This document shows positions 34,142 to 42,638 of a DNA stretch of 64,000 nt, one piece after another. The notes beneath the pieces are model-generated. The model was given only the letters and a program-made list of their open reading frames with translations, was not told where the DNA came from and searched no databases. This DNA comes from Chthonomonas sp. GTDB lineage: Bacteria; Armatimonadota; Fimbriimonadia; Fimbriimonadales; Fimbriimonadaceae. Each line of letters begins with the position of its first letter. The stretch's first letter is position 1. The position numbers and the translations under genes are program-made. The stretch spans positions 29,282 through 93,281 of the forward strand of contig JAEURQ010000003.1 in NCBI GenBank assembly GCA_016788425.1, in the 5' to 3' direction.

Positions 34142-35205
34142 GGCAACAGCCCCCGCGCGCGAGCGGTGCTCGTGGCGTCGTCCATCGGATAATCGCGAAG
34201 CAGCGTCTGGGCGAAATCGGGGTCAATGCTCGCCAGAGCAAGCAGCGCCTGCGGTCGCTGAGGATCATCCATTTCCTGCGCGACGCTGCGCAGCAACACT
34301 TCCGCCGCCTCGGGTTCGGACTCGCGCCATTCGTCGGCGAGGCGACAACGGCGCATGCTCGGCCACCGCTGCAGGCCGCCAATTTCGCCTAATCTCAGCG
34401 CGGCCCGCACCCGCGACTCGTGATCGCTCGAGCCCAACACTTGGATGAGCAGCTCGGATTCCTCGCGGGCGTGGCCGAGGTCGCGGTGCGCCTCGGCAAG
34501 CGCGACCTTCGCCCGCACGTCGCCGGGATGCTCCTTTAAGTGCTGCTCGGCGACCACCAGCGCGGCGCTTGGCCCCATCTGATTGATGCGATCGAGAACC
34601 TCGTGGCCAAATGCCAGCTTGTCGGCGGCCGGCAACCGCAGCAGCAACGCCAGCAGCAATCCGGCGAGCGCGCCACCGAGGTGAGCCCAATACGAAACGC
34701 CGCCGGGAATGTCGCCGAGCACAAAAAACGCGCCGACCACTTGCAGGGCCAGCCACAGGCCGACCACCATCGGCACCGTGACACTGACCCGCGGCGCAAG
34801 CGGCACCCGCACGCTAAAAAACCGCACGCTGGCGACCATGACCAGCCCCGCGATGGCGCCGCTCGCGCCCATTAGCGCGAGGTTGGTGGAGGAGGCTCCG
34901 GCCAACGCGACATGCGCAAGATTGCCGACGATCCCCGCAACAACAAACACGAGCACGGTTTTGGCGGGCCCGATGGTGAATTCCAGCGGCGGCCCGGCCG
35001 CCGCCAAAAACAGCATGTTGCCGAGCAGGTGAAACAGGTTCGCGTGGAGCAGAATCGAGCCCATCAGCGGCAAGCCCCACGGCTCGCGCGGACGGAATCC
35101 GAGGTGGTCAACCAGTTCGGGGCGCAAAAACACCGCCACCGCCGCGCCCAGCTGAAGCGCGATGAGCAGCAAGGTGGCAACGGGGATGCGCGCCCGGGAG
35201 GTCAC
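34138..35205 (-). CDS. Rhomboid-family intramembrane serine protease with C-terminal helical-repeat extension
   Basis: HANLFHLLGNMLFL, catalytic GASGAIAGL, and the AHLGGALAG histidine helix. 4-nt overlaps on both sides. Confidence 0.85.
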   Translation of the reverse strand: MTSRARIPVATLLLIALQLGAAVAVFLRPELVDHLGFRPREPWGLPLMGSILLHANLFHLLGNMLFLAAAGPPLEFTIGPAKTVLVFVVAGIVGNLAHVALAGASSTNLALMGASGAIAGLVMVASVRFFSVRVPLAPRVSVTVPMVVGLWLALQVVGAFFVLGDIPGGVSYWAHLGGALAGLLLALLLRLPAADKLAFGHEVLDRINQMGPSAALVVAEQHLKEHPGDVRAKVALAEAHRDLGHAREESELLIQVLGSSDHESRVRAALRLGEIGGLQRWPSMRRCRLADEWRESEPEAAEVLLRSVAQEMDDPQRPQALLALASIDPDFAQTLLRDYPMDDATSTARARGLLP

Positions 35206-35942
35206 AGCTTTTCGTAGACTGATTCTGGAATCTCGACGTTCGTGTAGGTTTCCTTCACGTCGTCCAGCTCTTCCAAAACATCCAACAACTTCGCCAATCG
35301 CAGCATGTCGTCTTCGCTGGGCGTGGCCATGTTGGTGGGCACGTAGGTCAGATAGCTTTCCTTCGGCGCCATGCCCGCTGCGCGCAGCCCTTCGGCCACC
35401 AGGTGCAGGTCTTTGCTTTCGGTGCGCACCAGGTAGACCTCATCTTCCACCACCACGTCTTCGGCGCCGGCTTCCAGCGCGGCCATGGTGACCGTCTCTT
35501 CATCGCCTGCGGTTTTGTCGAGCACGACTTCGCCCAGGTACTTGAACTGCCACATCACCGAGCCGTTTTCGCCGAGCGCGCAGCCGTTTTTGGTAAAGGC
35601 GTGGCGAAGGTCGGCCACGGTGCGGTTGCGGTTTTCGGAATAGCATTCGACAATAACCGCCGAGCCGCCAGGGCCACCGCCCTCGTAGGTGATTTCTTCG
35701 TAGTCGGCGCCTTCGATTTCGCCAGTTCCGCGCTGAATGGCGCGCTTGATGTTTTCGGCGGGAACGCCGCTGACGCGGGCGGTTTCGAGCACACTACGCA
35801 ACCTGGCGTTGAGGGCGGGATCGCCGCCGGACTTCGCCGCCATGATGATCTCGCGGCTAATTTTCGTGAAGAGCTTGCCGCGCAAGGCGTCCTGCTTGCC
35901 CTTGCGGTGCTGAATATTCTTCCATTTACTGTGGCCGGCCAT
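35202..35942 (-). CDS. yebC: YebC/PmpR-family transcriptional regulator
   Basis: MAGHSKWKNIQHRKGKQDALRGKLFTK... Confidence 0.95.
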   Translation of the reverse strand: MAGHSKWKNIQHRKGKQDALRGKLFTKISREIIMAAKSGGDPALNARLRSVLETARVSGVPAENIKRAIQRGTGEIEGADYEEITYEGGGPGGSAVIVECYSENRNRTVADLRHAFTKNGCALGENGSVMWQFKYLGEVVLDKTAGDEETVTMAALEAGAEDVVVEDEVYLVRTESKDLHLVAEGLRAAGMAPKESYLTYVPTNMATPSEDDMLRLAKLLDVLEELDDVKETYTNVEIPESVYEKL

Positions 35943-36048
35943 GCCTTATTTTGGCATGCAGAGCAACGGACCGCCCACACGTCTAATCAGGCAGATTGGA
36001 CTGGACAGTTCGAGATACTGGTCCGCGGTACCCCAGGAGCCCCCATCC

Positions 36049-36078
36049 AAAAAAGAACAAACCCCGCCGAAGCGGGGT
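36049..36078 (-). terminator. Rho-independent terminator of the flagellin gene
   Basis: On the minus strand: ACCCCGC-ttcg-GCGGGGT followed by TTGTTCTTTTTT. Confidence 0.75.
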
Positions 36079-36109
36079 CTGTCTGTCTTTCGCGGATGAA
36101 AGTGTTTCA

Positions 36110-37582
36110 TTAGCCTCGAAGCAGGTTGAGCACTGCTTGCGGAGACTGGTTGGCTTGCGCAAGGACCGAGAGGCCGCTTTGCTGCAGAATCTGGTACTTC
36201 GTGAAGACCGACATTTCTTCGGCCACGTCCACGTCTCGAATCGCGGATTCGCTGGCGGTCAAGTTTTCCTTGGCCACGGCAAGAGCGCGGTTGTTCGATT
36301 CCAGCACGTTTCGCATGAAGTTACCGATGGTGCCTCGGATTCCGGCAATGGTGCCGATCGCGGTTTCGATGGCGGCCATCGAAGCGTTGGTACCGGTGGC
36401 CGACGTGATGTCCAGACCCGAGAGGCCGAGACTTGCCGACGAGGTACTCGTGATCGAGAGTTGCGTCGTTTGGCCTGCGTTTGCCCCGATTTGGAACTGA
36501 GCCGCTCCAGCGTAGGCATAGCCGATTACGGTGTTGGCGGCAATGGCACCCACGCTACCCACCAGACTGAAGCGGTTACCCGCCGCGTCGGTGAGGGTCA
36601 AGCCATCATCCGAACCCCGAACCGTGAACTCCGACATAATGCCGCCGATGGAGATGTTGACGCCACCGTTGGCACCGCCTCCCCCAACGTTGGCACCACC
36701 CGTAAGGGTCGCGGTGCCGGCTGTGGCCTGAACCAGACCGCCGGTATCGCTAACGCTGACGTTGTTGCCGACCGAACCAAACTTGTTGGAGGTCAAGCGG
36801 AAGTTGAAGTTGCCGGAGCCGGCATCAATCAGTTCAGCCGTCACACCCATGTCGTTCGACTTGGCGTTGATGGAGTCGCGGAGCTGCGCATTGGTCATGC
36901 CGGCTGTCACATTCACCGTTACCCCGTTGATCGTGATCGAGCCAGTTGACCCCACTGCGGCGGCGAGTGCGGCGGACATACTGGCTGCGGCGACGGTTCG
37001 GGAACCATTGAGTGCAGCTTGGGCGGGCAGAGAGCTAATACCGCCGGTGCCGAGCGTGATGTTTCCGCTCTGAAGAATCGCCGAGGTGCCCAGCGTGCCG
37101 CCCAGGGTTAGCCCCGCGACCTTGCTGTGCGTCACCGACGCCTTCACACCGACGCTGCCGTCAAGCAGACGCTTCGTGCCGTAAGTGGTTTGAGACGTAA
37201 TTCGATCGATTGATTCGAGGATCGAATTGAACTGGTTTTGGTTGGCTTGCTTCTGTTCCGGCGACAGCGTGGCATCGTTACCATTGGCAACGGCCAAAGC
37301 GCGAGCATCGCGGAGCAGAGTGCTGACTTCGTTGAGCGCGCCTTCTGCCGTCTTGGCAAAGTTGGTGGCATCGCTGTTGTTCCGAAGAGCCTGGTCGAGG
37401 GCGCCGATTTGGGCGCGGAAGCCTTCTGAGATTTGCAGACCGGCGGGATCATCGGCCCCGCTGTTGATGCGCAGACCCGTCGAGAGTCGGCTCACCGATT
37501 TGCTATACATCTTGTTCGTGTCCCCGAGGTTTCGGAGAGTGTTCATCGACAGAAGGTTGGTATTAACGCGAAATGTAGACAT
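36110..37582 (-). CDS. fliC: Flagellin
   Basis: Conserved N-terminus (RVNTNLLSMNTLRNLG...LSTGLRINSGADDPAGLQISE), C-terminus (ILQQSGLSVLAQANQSPQAVLNLLRG), and a G/T/A/S-rich variable middle. Confidence 0.9.
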   Translation of the reverse strand: MSTFRVNTNLLSMNTLRNLGDTNKMYSKSVSRLSTGLRINSGADDPAGLQISEGFRAQIGALDQALRNNSDATNFAKTAEGALNEVSTLLRDARALAVANGNDATLSPEQKQANQNQFNSILESIDRITSQTTYGTKRLLDGSVGVKASVTHSKVAGLTLGGTLGTSAILQSGNITLGTGGISSLPAQAALNGSRTVAAASMSAALAAAVGSTGSITINGVTVNVTAGMTNAQLRDSINAKSNDMGVTAELIDAGSGNFNFRLTSNKFGSVGNNVSVSDTGGLVQATAGTATLTGGANVGGGGANGGVNISIGGIMSEFTVRGSDDGLTLTDAAGNRFSLVGSVGAIAANTVIGYAYAGAAQFQIGANAGQTTQLSITSTSSASLGLSGLDITSATGTNASMAAIETAIGTIAGIRGTIGNFMRNVLESNNRALAVAKENLTASESAIRDVDVAEEMSVFTKYQILQQSGLSVLAQANQSPQAVLNLLRG

Positions 37583-37640
37583 GATTTTCTTCCTTGAAGC
37601 CGGGACCCCTTTACGCCTTCCTGGCGGGACCTGATTCCGG
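37583..37640 (-). promoter_or_regulatory. Flagellin 5' leader with two GGA motifs (possible CsrA-type sites), one in a hairpin loop and one at the Shine-Dalgarno
   Basis: Minus-strand leader: ..caGGUCCCGCCAGGAAGGCGuaaagggGUCCCGgcuucAAGGAAGaaaaucAUG. CGCC/GGCG can pair around AGGAA, and the second GGA is the Shine-Dalgarno itself. Confidence 0.3.
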
Positions 37641-37906
37641 CTACATGAATCTCATTCCATTACTTTTGCGGGGATTAAACTAGTAAATATACTTGGATTT
37701 AAGCATTCTTACCAGGATTGCGAAAGGCCGGTAAATCGGCGGGCAATTGAACTGGCGCCGGTTTCTTCGGAGTTCGAGAGAAGAGCTAGCGAATCAATTT
37801 CGCGGCCCATGTTGCTATCAATGGAAAGCAGTGTAAGCTAGTGTCGACACGGCGGCGACGCATACCTGTGCGAATCCATCCGATGTCTGATTCGTTGAGG
37901 AGGTAG

Positions 37907-39124
37907 ATGGTGCCGAAGGTGTTGAATGGGAGTTCCCGACTGCTCGGGCTGGCGCTGGCGTTGTTTGCGGTTAGCTACACCCGCGCGCAGACTGTAGAGA
38001 TTGAGGGGCGATATTACAAATCGAGAAGCGACTATGACCTGAGAGCAGTCATTGGATACGAATGGAATGAGCTCGATCGCCGCATTGCCATCTTAGAGCA
38101 GAATTCCTTTAGCTTTGGCCGTCTCTCGAGTTTAAGCTCGTACCCGGAACATGGAAACTCCATGATCCGATATCAAACCGCGACCATATTCTTACAACTT
38201 AGAACCGGGAAGATCGTCGGCCTAAGCGAAGACAGGAGAGGTTCGAGGAGGTTGACCGAACGGATTGCTTGGGAGAAGCTGATGGGAATCTTGTCAGCTT
38301 CGGACTACAGCAGCGAGGGTCTCGTTCCTAGCGAACCCTGGCCGACAACACCTTTCCCGGAGTTTGATGAGAGGTTTGAAACCTTTGAAGTGCACTACCG
38401 TCGGAACGTTCCTGGAACGCCGTACCACTATCCGGGCGGATATCAAGTCGCCTTCTACACAAGTGACTCGACGATCTTCCATTTCAAACCACGCAAAGAG
38501 TTCGCGATCGAACCGTTTGCCGGCTCTTTAGCTCCGCTCGCCGAGCTTCAACCGGCGATTGTTCGTGAGGCGAGCCGTCACTTCGCTTGGAACGAGATCC
38601 GCGTGGTTCCCAACAAGACCGACTACGTGCGGATGCCCGCCTACTGGGAAGGGGCGAGCGAACGGATTAAGCGGCTGGCCAAGGCCGATATCGCCATTTT
38701 GCAGACGAGTTATCTGGTCACGCGAGCAGGAGAACCAAGCTCGACGCCGGGAGGCTGCATTGTGACGGTGGATGCCGTAACCGGCGAGGTGCTTTCCTCG
38801 ACCCTGCTCTCGAGCGGCGGCCCACCCGCCGCCAAGGCCACCGCCTTCAACCTCAAAGAGAATGTGGGTGTTGTCGAGGGCAAGGGGTTGGGGCGATTAA
38901 CCCTGACCAAGGACAAGCGTTTTGAGCCCGGCACCGCGGTCGTGCTCGCCCAGGGCCCGACCCTTGTCCGGGCCCAATACGATGCCAAACGCAACCTGCT
39001 TTGCTGGACAAGCGGCAAGGAGCGGCTCGTCGGAAAACCGAACAAGGCGCTCACCGCCGCTCTGAAACAAGCAACCGCAAAAAATAAGCGCGGATTCTTC
39101 GCTATAGTTGAAGCATGCCGCTGA
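37907..39124 (+). CDS. Secreted hypothetical protein
   Basis: Signal peptide LLGLALALFAVSYTRAQ. The 5' third is AT-richer. The segment CIVTVDAVTGEVLSS weakly resembles a PepSY motif. It overlaps the next gene by 10 nt. Confidence 0.6.
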   Translation: MVPKVLNGSSRLLGLALALFAVSYTRAQTVEIEGRYYKSRSDYDLRAVIGYEWNELDRRIAILEQNSFSFGRLSSLSSYPEHGNSMIRYQTATIFLQLRTGKIVGLSEDRRGSRRLTERIAWEKLMGILSASDYSSEGLVPSEPWPTTPFPEFDERFETFEVHYRRNVPGTPYHYPGGYQVAFYTSDSTIFHFKPRKEFAIEPFAGSLAPLAELQPAIVREASRHFAWNEIRVVPNKTDYVRMPAYWEGASERIKRLAKADIAILQTSYLVTRAGEPSSTPGGCIVTVDAVTGEVLSSTLLSSGGPPAAKATAFNLKENVGVVEGKGLGRLTLTKDKRFEPGTAVVLAQGPTLVRAQYDAKRNLLCWTSGKERLVGKPNKALTAALKQATAKNKRGFFAIVEACR

Positions 39125-40674
39125 TCAACCCGGTCGGGAGAAAGTCGTGGCGGGCGCGGATTGCGCTCGCCACGATCTATCTGATCCTGACCGTCGGCGC
39201 GGTGACCACCCTCTATCCGTTCCTGCTCATGGTCTCCACCGGCCTTAAGGGCATGACCGACCAGAGCACCTCGAACCTGGTGCCGACCTACCTGACGGAG
39301 AACAGCCAAGCGGCCATCGCCACGCCCGCGCCCGAGTCGCTGGCCGGCAAATACCTGGACGACAAGTACTTCGCCAACGTGAACCTCCGCGCGAGCATGG
39401 CCGGCGGGCCGACCGAGTTTGTGCCCGAATACGAGGCGTGGCTGCGGCGGCTCCCGGTCACGCAGTGGCACGCCGGGTTCCGTATCGCGCCGACCCAGGT
39501 CACCAGCCGCCTGGCCGAGCGATATCGAGCGTGGCTGCGCGAGCGCTTCGGGGATATTGACCGCCTGAACCGCGCTTACCTGGAAGAGAACTCCGCGTTT
39601 CAGGGCATCACCCCGCCGCAAGAGCGCCTCGACGTGCCCGGTTGGCGACCGCTGGCGAGCGCCAAGTGGCGCGACTGGCTGGAATTCAAAGCGACCCTCC
39701 CGGCCGAGTTCCGCGTCCCACTTCGGCTGGAGTTTCAGTGGCAGGAATTCTGGCGTGGTCGAACCGCGGCGCAGTGGAGCGAGGTGCCGCCCACCGTGCG
39801 GGGCGCGGCCACCGATTACAGCGGGCTCGTGTTCCCGCGCAAAGGTTCATCGCCCGAGAAAGCGGCGTTTCTGGCCAAGCAGTGGCCGGCCAACCTGCCC
39901 GATCTGGAGGCTAAATTCGTGGCCGACACGCCCGGGGCCAAGGGCATGCCCGTCGGCGCGTACGACCGGCACGTCATCGCCCGCGATGCGTCGCAGATTC
40001 GCGGTGAGTTCGCTGGACGCAACTACCGCTATGTGATTGACTACGTGTTGCTGCACGGGCGGGCCGTGCTCAACACCGTGATCTTCTGCTCGCTGGCGAT
40101 CTTGTTCCAGCTCACGGTCAACCCGCTGGCCGCTTACGCTTTATCGCGATTTCCGATCAAGTCCAGCGGCAAAATCTTGCTCTTTTTGCTCGCGACCATG
40201 GCGTTTCCGGCTGAGATCGCGCTGATTCCCTCGTTTTTGTTGCTGCGCGACCTGGGGCTACTCAACACGTTTTGGGCGCTGGTTTTGCCCGGCGCGGCCA
40301 GCGGCTACATGATCTTTTTGCTCAAGGGATTCTTCGATAGCTTGCCGCAAGAACTGTTCGAAGCGGGTCAGCTAGACGGCGCGCCGGAGCGCACCATGAT
40401 GTGGCGAATCGCCCTTCCGTTGAGCCGCCCGGTGCTCGGCTACGTGGCGTTGCTGGCGTTCATGGGGGCGTACAGCGCGTTCATTTTCGCGTTTCTGGTG
40501 TGCCAAGACCAAAGCAAGTGGACGCTCATGGTGTGGCTGTATCAGCTGCAGCTTTCCGCTCCGCGCGCCACGGTCATGGCCGCGCTGACGTTGGCGGCGT
40601 TGCCGACGCTGATTGTCTTTCTGGCGGCGCAACGCGTCATCATGCGCGGTATTGTGTTGCCAGGAGAACGCTGA
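39115..40674 (+). CDS. ABC transporter permease (MalG/carbohydrate-type) with a ~260-aa loop after TM1
   Basis: EAA-loop region AGQLDGAPERTMMWRIALPLSRP and 6 TM segments. No ATPase, binding protein or partner permease is adjacent. Confidence 0.8.
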   Translation: MPLINPVGRKSWRARIALATIYLILTVGAVTTLYPFLLMVSTGLKGMTDQSTSNLVPTYLTENSQAAIATPAPESLAGKYLDDKYFANVNLRASMAGGPTEFVPEYEAWLRRLPVTQWHAGFRIAPTQVTSRLAERYRAWLRERFGDIDRLNRAYLEENSAFQGITPPQERLDVPGWRPLASAKWRDWLEFKATLPAEFRVPLRLEFQWQEFWRGRTAAQWSEVPPTVRGAATDYSGLVFPRKGSSPEKAAFLAKQWPANLPDLEAKFVADTPGAKGMPVGAYDRHVIARDASQIRGEFAGRNYRYVIDYVLLHGRAVLNTVIFCSLAILFQLTVNPLAAYALSRFPIKSSGKILLFLLATMAFPAEIALIPSFLLLRDLGLLNTFWALVLPGAASGYMIFLLKGFFDSLPQELFEAGQLDGAPERTMMWRIALPLSRPVLGYVALLAFMGAYSAFIFAFLVCQDQSKWTLMVWLYQLQLSAPRATVMAALTLAALPTLIVFLAAQRVIMRGIVLPGER

Positions 40675-41645
40675 TGGATCAAGGCCGTTTTGTCGAAGGA
40701 AACCGCCCCGCGTGGCAGCGACTGCAAGAGCTCGTGAGTCGCGGTGCGGTCTCGCCCAAGAATCTCACCCAAGCCGAGCTCATCGAACTCGTCCGGCTTT
40801 ACCGCTCCACCTCGGCCGACTTCGCGGTGATCCAAAGCGAGGCGTCCAACCCCACGTTGCTGGGCGAAGTCAACCGATTGCTTCAAGAGGCGCACGCGAT
40901 CATCTATCGGCATCGGCAACCGCCGTTTGGCGAGGCACTCCGCAACTGCCTCAACCAGGTCGCCCGGGTCACGCGCCGCCGCGCCAAGTACATTCTCGTC
41001 GCCATCCTCATGTTCTTTATGGGCATCGGAGTTTCGGTCGCGGTGATGAAGTGGCGACCCGACCTGCATCAAGAAATCATTCCGCCGGAAATGCAGGAGA
41101 ACGTTGAAGCTTGGAAGAGCGGGTTGCACGATCCGCGGAGTTCGGGCGATGACGCCTTGATGTGGGGCTTTTACGCCTCGAACAACCCTCGCGTGGCGCT
41201 CATGTCTGGCGCGTTTGCCGCCGGCACATTTGGCTTCGGTACGTTCTATCTAATGTATACGAACGGCATCATGATGGGCGGGCTCGGCTACGAGATGCAA
41301 ACCGTCAACAAGCTTGGGTTCCTGCTCGCAAGCGTGAGTCCGCATGGCGCGAGCGAACTCGTGGGGATGTTTATCTCGGGCGCGGCGGGCCTGGTTATGG
41401 CGGTCGCGCTCATCAATCCTGGGCGGCGAAGTCGCCTGCAATCGCTGAAGCACGCGGCGCCCGACGCCATGATCCTGCTCGTGCAGAGCATGGTCATGAT
41501 GCTCATCGCGGCGCCGTTTGAGGCGTTCTTCAGCTTCGATCCGGGCGTGCCGTCGTCCGCCAAGGTGTTGGTCGGGGCAATTGTGCTGAGCGGTTGGCTC
41601 GTTTTTTGGACGCAGATGGGCCGCGAACCTGCCCCCGCAACTTAG
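40674..41645 (+). CDS. SpoIIM/DUF95-family integral membrane protein
   Basis: Trimmed to the ATG overlapping the permease stop (TGATG). It has an N-terminal soluble helical part followed by several TM helices (..PHGASELVGMFISGAAG..). Confidence 0.7.
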   Translation: MDQGRFVEGNRPAWQRLQELVSRGAVSPKNLTQAELIELVRLYRSTSADFAVIQSEASNPTLLGEVNRLLQEAHAIIYRHRQPPFGEALRNCLNQVARVTRRRAKYILVAILMFFMGIGVSVAVMKWRPDLHQEIIPPEMQENVEAWKSGLHDPRSSGDDALMWGFYASNNPRVALMSGAFAAGTFGFGTFYLMYTNGIMMGGLGYEMQTVNKLGFLLASVSPHGASELVGMFISGAAGLVMAVALINPGRRSRLQSLKHAAPDAMILLVQSMVMMLIAAPFEAFFSFDPGVPSSAKVLVGAIVLSGWLVFWTQMGREPAPAT

Positions 41646-41659
41646 GTTTAATTCAGGTC

Positions 41660-42577
41660 ATGCTCCTGCACTTTGGCGTCGAGACGATTCAGCCCGAATG
41701 GCCCGAGTCCATCGTCAGCATCGGCACCTTTGATGGCGTCCACTTTGGCCATCAAGACGTGCTGCGCCGCAACGTCGAGGCGAGCCGCGAGCACCTTTGT
41801 CCGAGCATTGTCGTGACGTTCGATCGCAACCCGAGCGCGGTGGTGCATCCCGAGCGTGCGCCGCTGAGCATCGCCAGCCTCAACGATAACATCCGTATGC
41901 TGTCGCGGCTCAACCTCTCGCTGTGCGTGATCCTCGAATTCGGCGCGGCTCTTTCCCGGATGAGCGCGCAAGAGTTTTTCGACCAGATTCTCATTCGCCG
42001 ACTGCGCGCTCGCAAGGTCGTGGTCGGCTACGATTTCGCGTTCGGCAACGGGCGTCAGGGCACCACCGACTGGCTGCGCGAACGCATTGAAACCGAGGTC
42101 GTGCCTCCCTTTGAGATTGATGGCGTGCGAGTAAGCAGCACCACCCTGCGCCAGTGCATCGCCGAGGGCCGCGTGGAGGAAGTCACGCGCCTGCGGGGGA
42201 CGCCCTTCGAGATGCCCGGCGTCGTCATTCGCGGCCAACAGCTCGGACGCACGATCGGGTTTCCCACGATCAACCTGGCCCGCTCGACCAACCAGATTGT
42301 GCCCGCCGACGGCGTGTACGCCGGCTTCTGTCGCTGCTCGCAAGGCGAGTTCCTCGCGGCTATCAGCATCGGCATGCGTCCGACCGTGGACGGCACCCAC
42401 CGCACCATCGAGGCGTTTCTGCTGGACTACCCCGGCGAATCGCTCTACGGCGAGAGTCTCTCGCTGGGGATTACTCACCGTCTGCGCGACGAATGGAAGT
42501 TCGAAACGTTGGAGAAAATGATCGATCAGATTCACTTGGACGTCGCGCAAACCCGGTCGCTCGGCATCCTCTCCTGA
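41660..42577 (+). CDS. ribF: Bifunctional riboflavin kinase / FMN adenylyltransferase
   Basis: SIGTFDGVHFGHQ, RIGFPTINL and FLLDY..DLYG-like motifs. Confidence 0.9.
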   Translation: MLLHFGVETIQPEWPESIVSIGTFDGVHFGHQDVLRRNVEASREHLCPSIVVTFDRNPSAVVHPERAPLSIASLNDNIRMLSRLNLSLCVILEFGAALSRMSAQEFFDQILIRRLRARKVVVGYDFAFGNGRQGTTDWLRERIETEVVPPFEIDGVRVSSTTLRQCIAEGRVEEVTRLRGTPFEMPGVVIRGQQLGRTIGFPTINLARSTNQIVPADGVYAGFCRCSQGEFLAAISIGMRPTVDGTHRTIEAFLLDYPGESLYGESLSLGITHRLRDEWKFETLEKMIDQIHLDVAQTRSLGILS

Positions 42578-42638
42578 AAATTAGGGAACTGCACCCTAGT
42601 AAGAATCCGGTCTAAACTAGTTAGCTTAGAGACCCTTT

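Noticed and set aside
37700-37800. Sigma-28 type promoter for fliC (GCCGAT-like element on the minus strand near 37735)
   Set aside because: A GCCGATTT element is present, but there is no TAAA-type -35 at the required spacing of about 15 nt. That is too weak to report as a feature.
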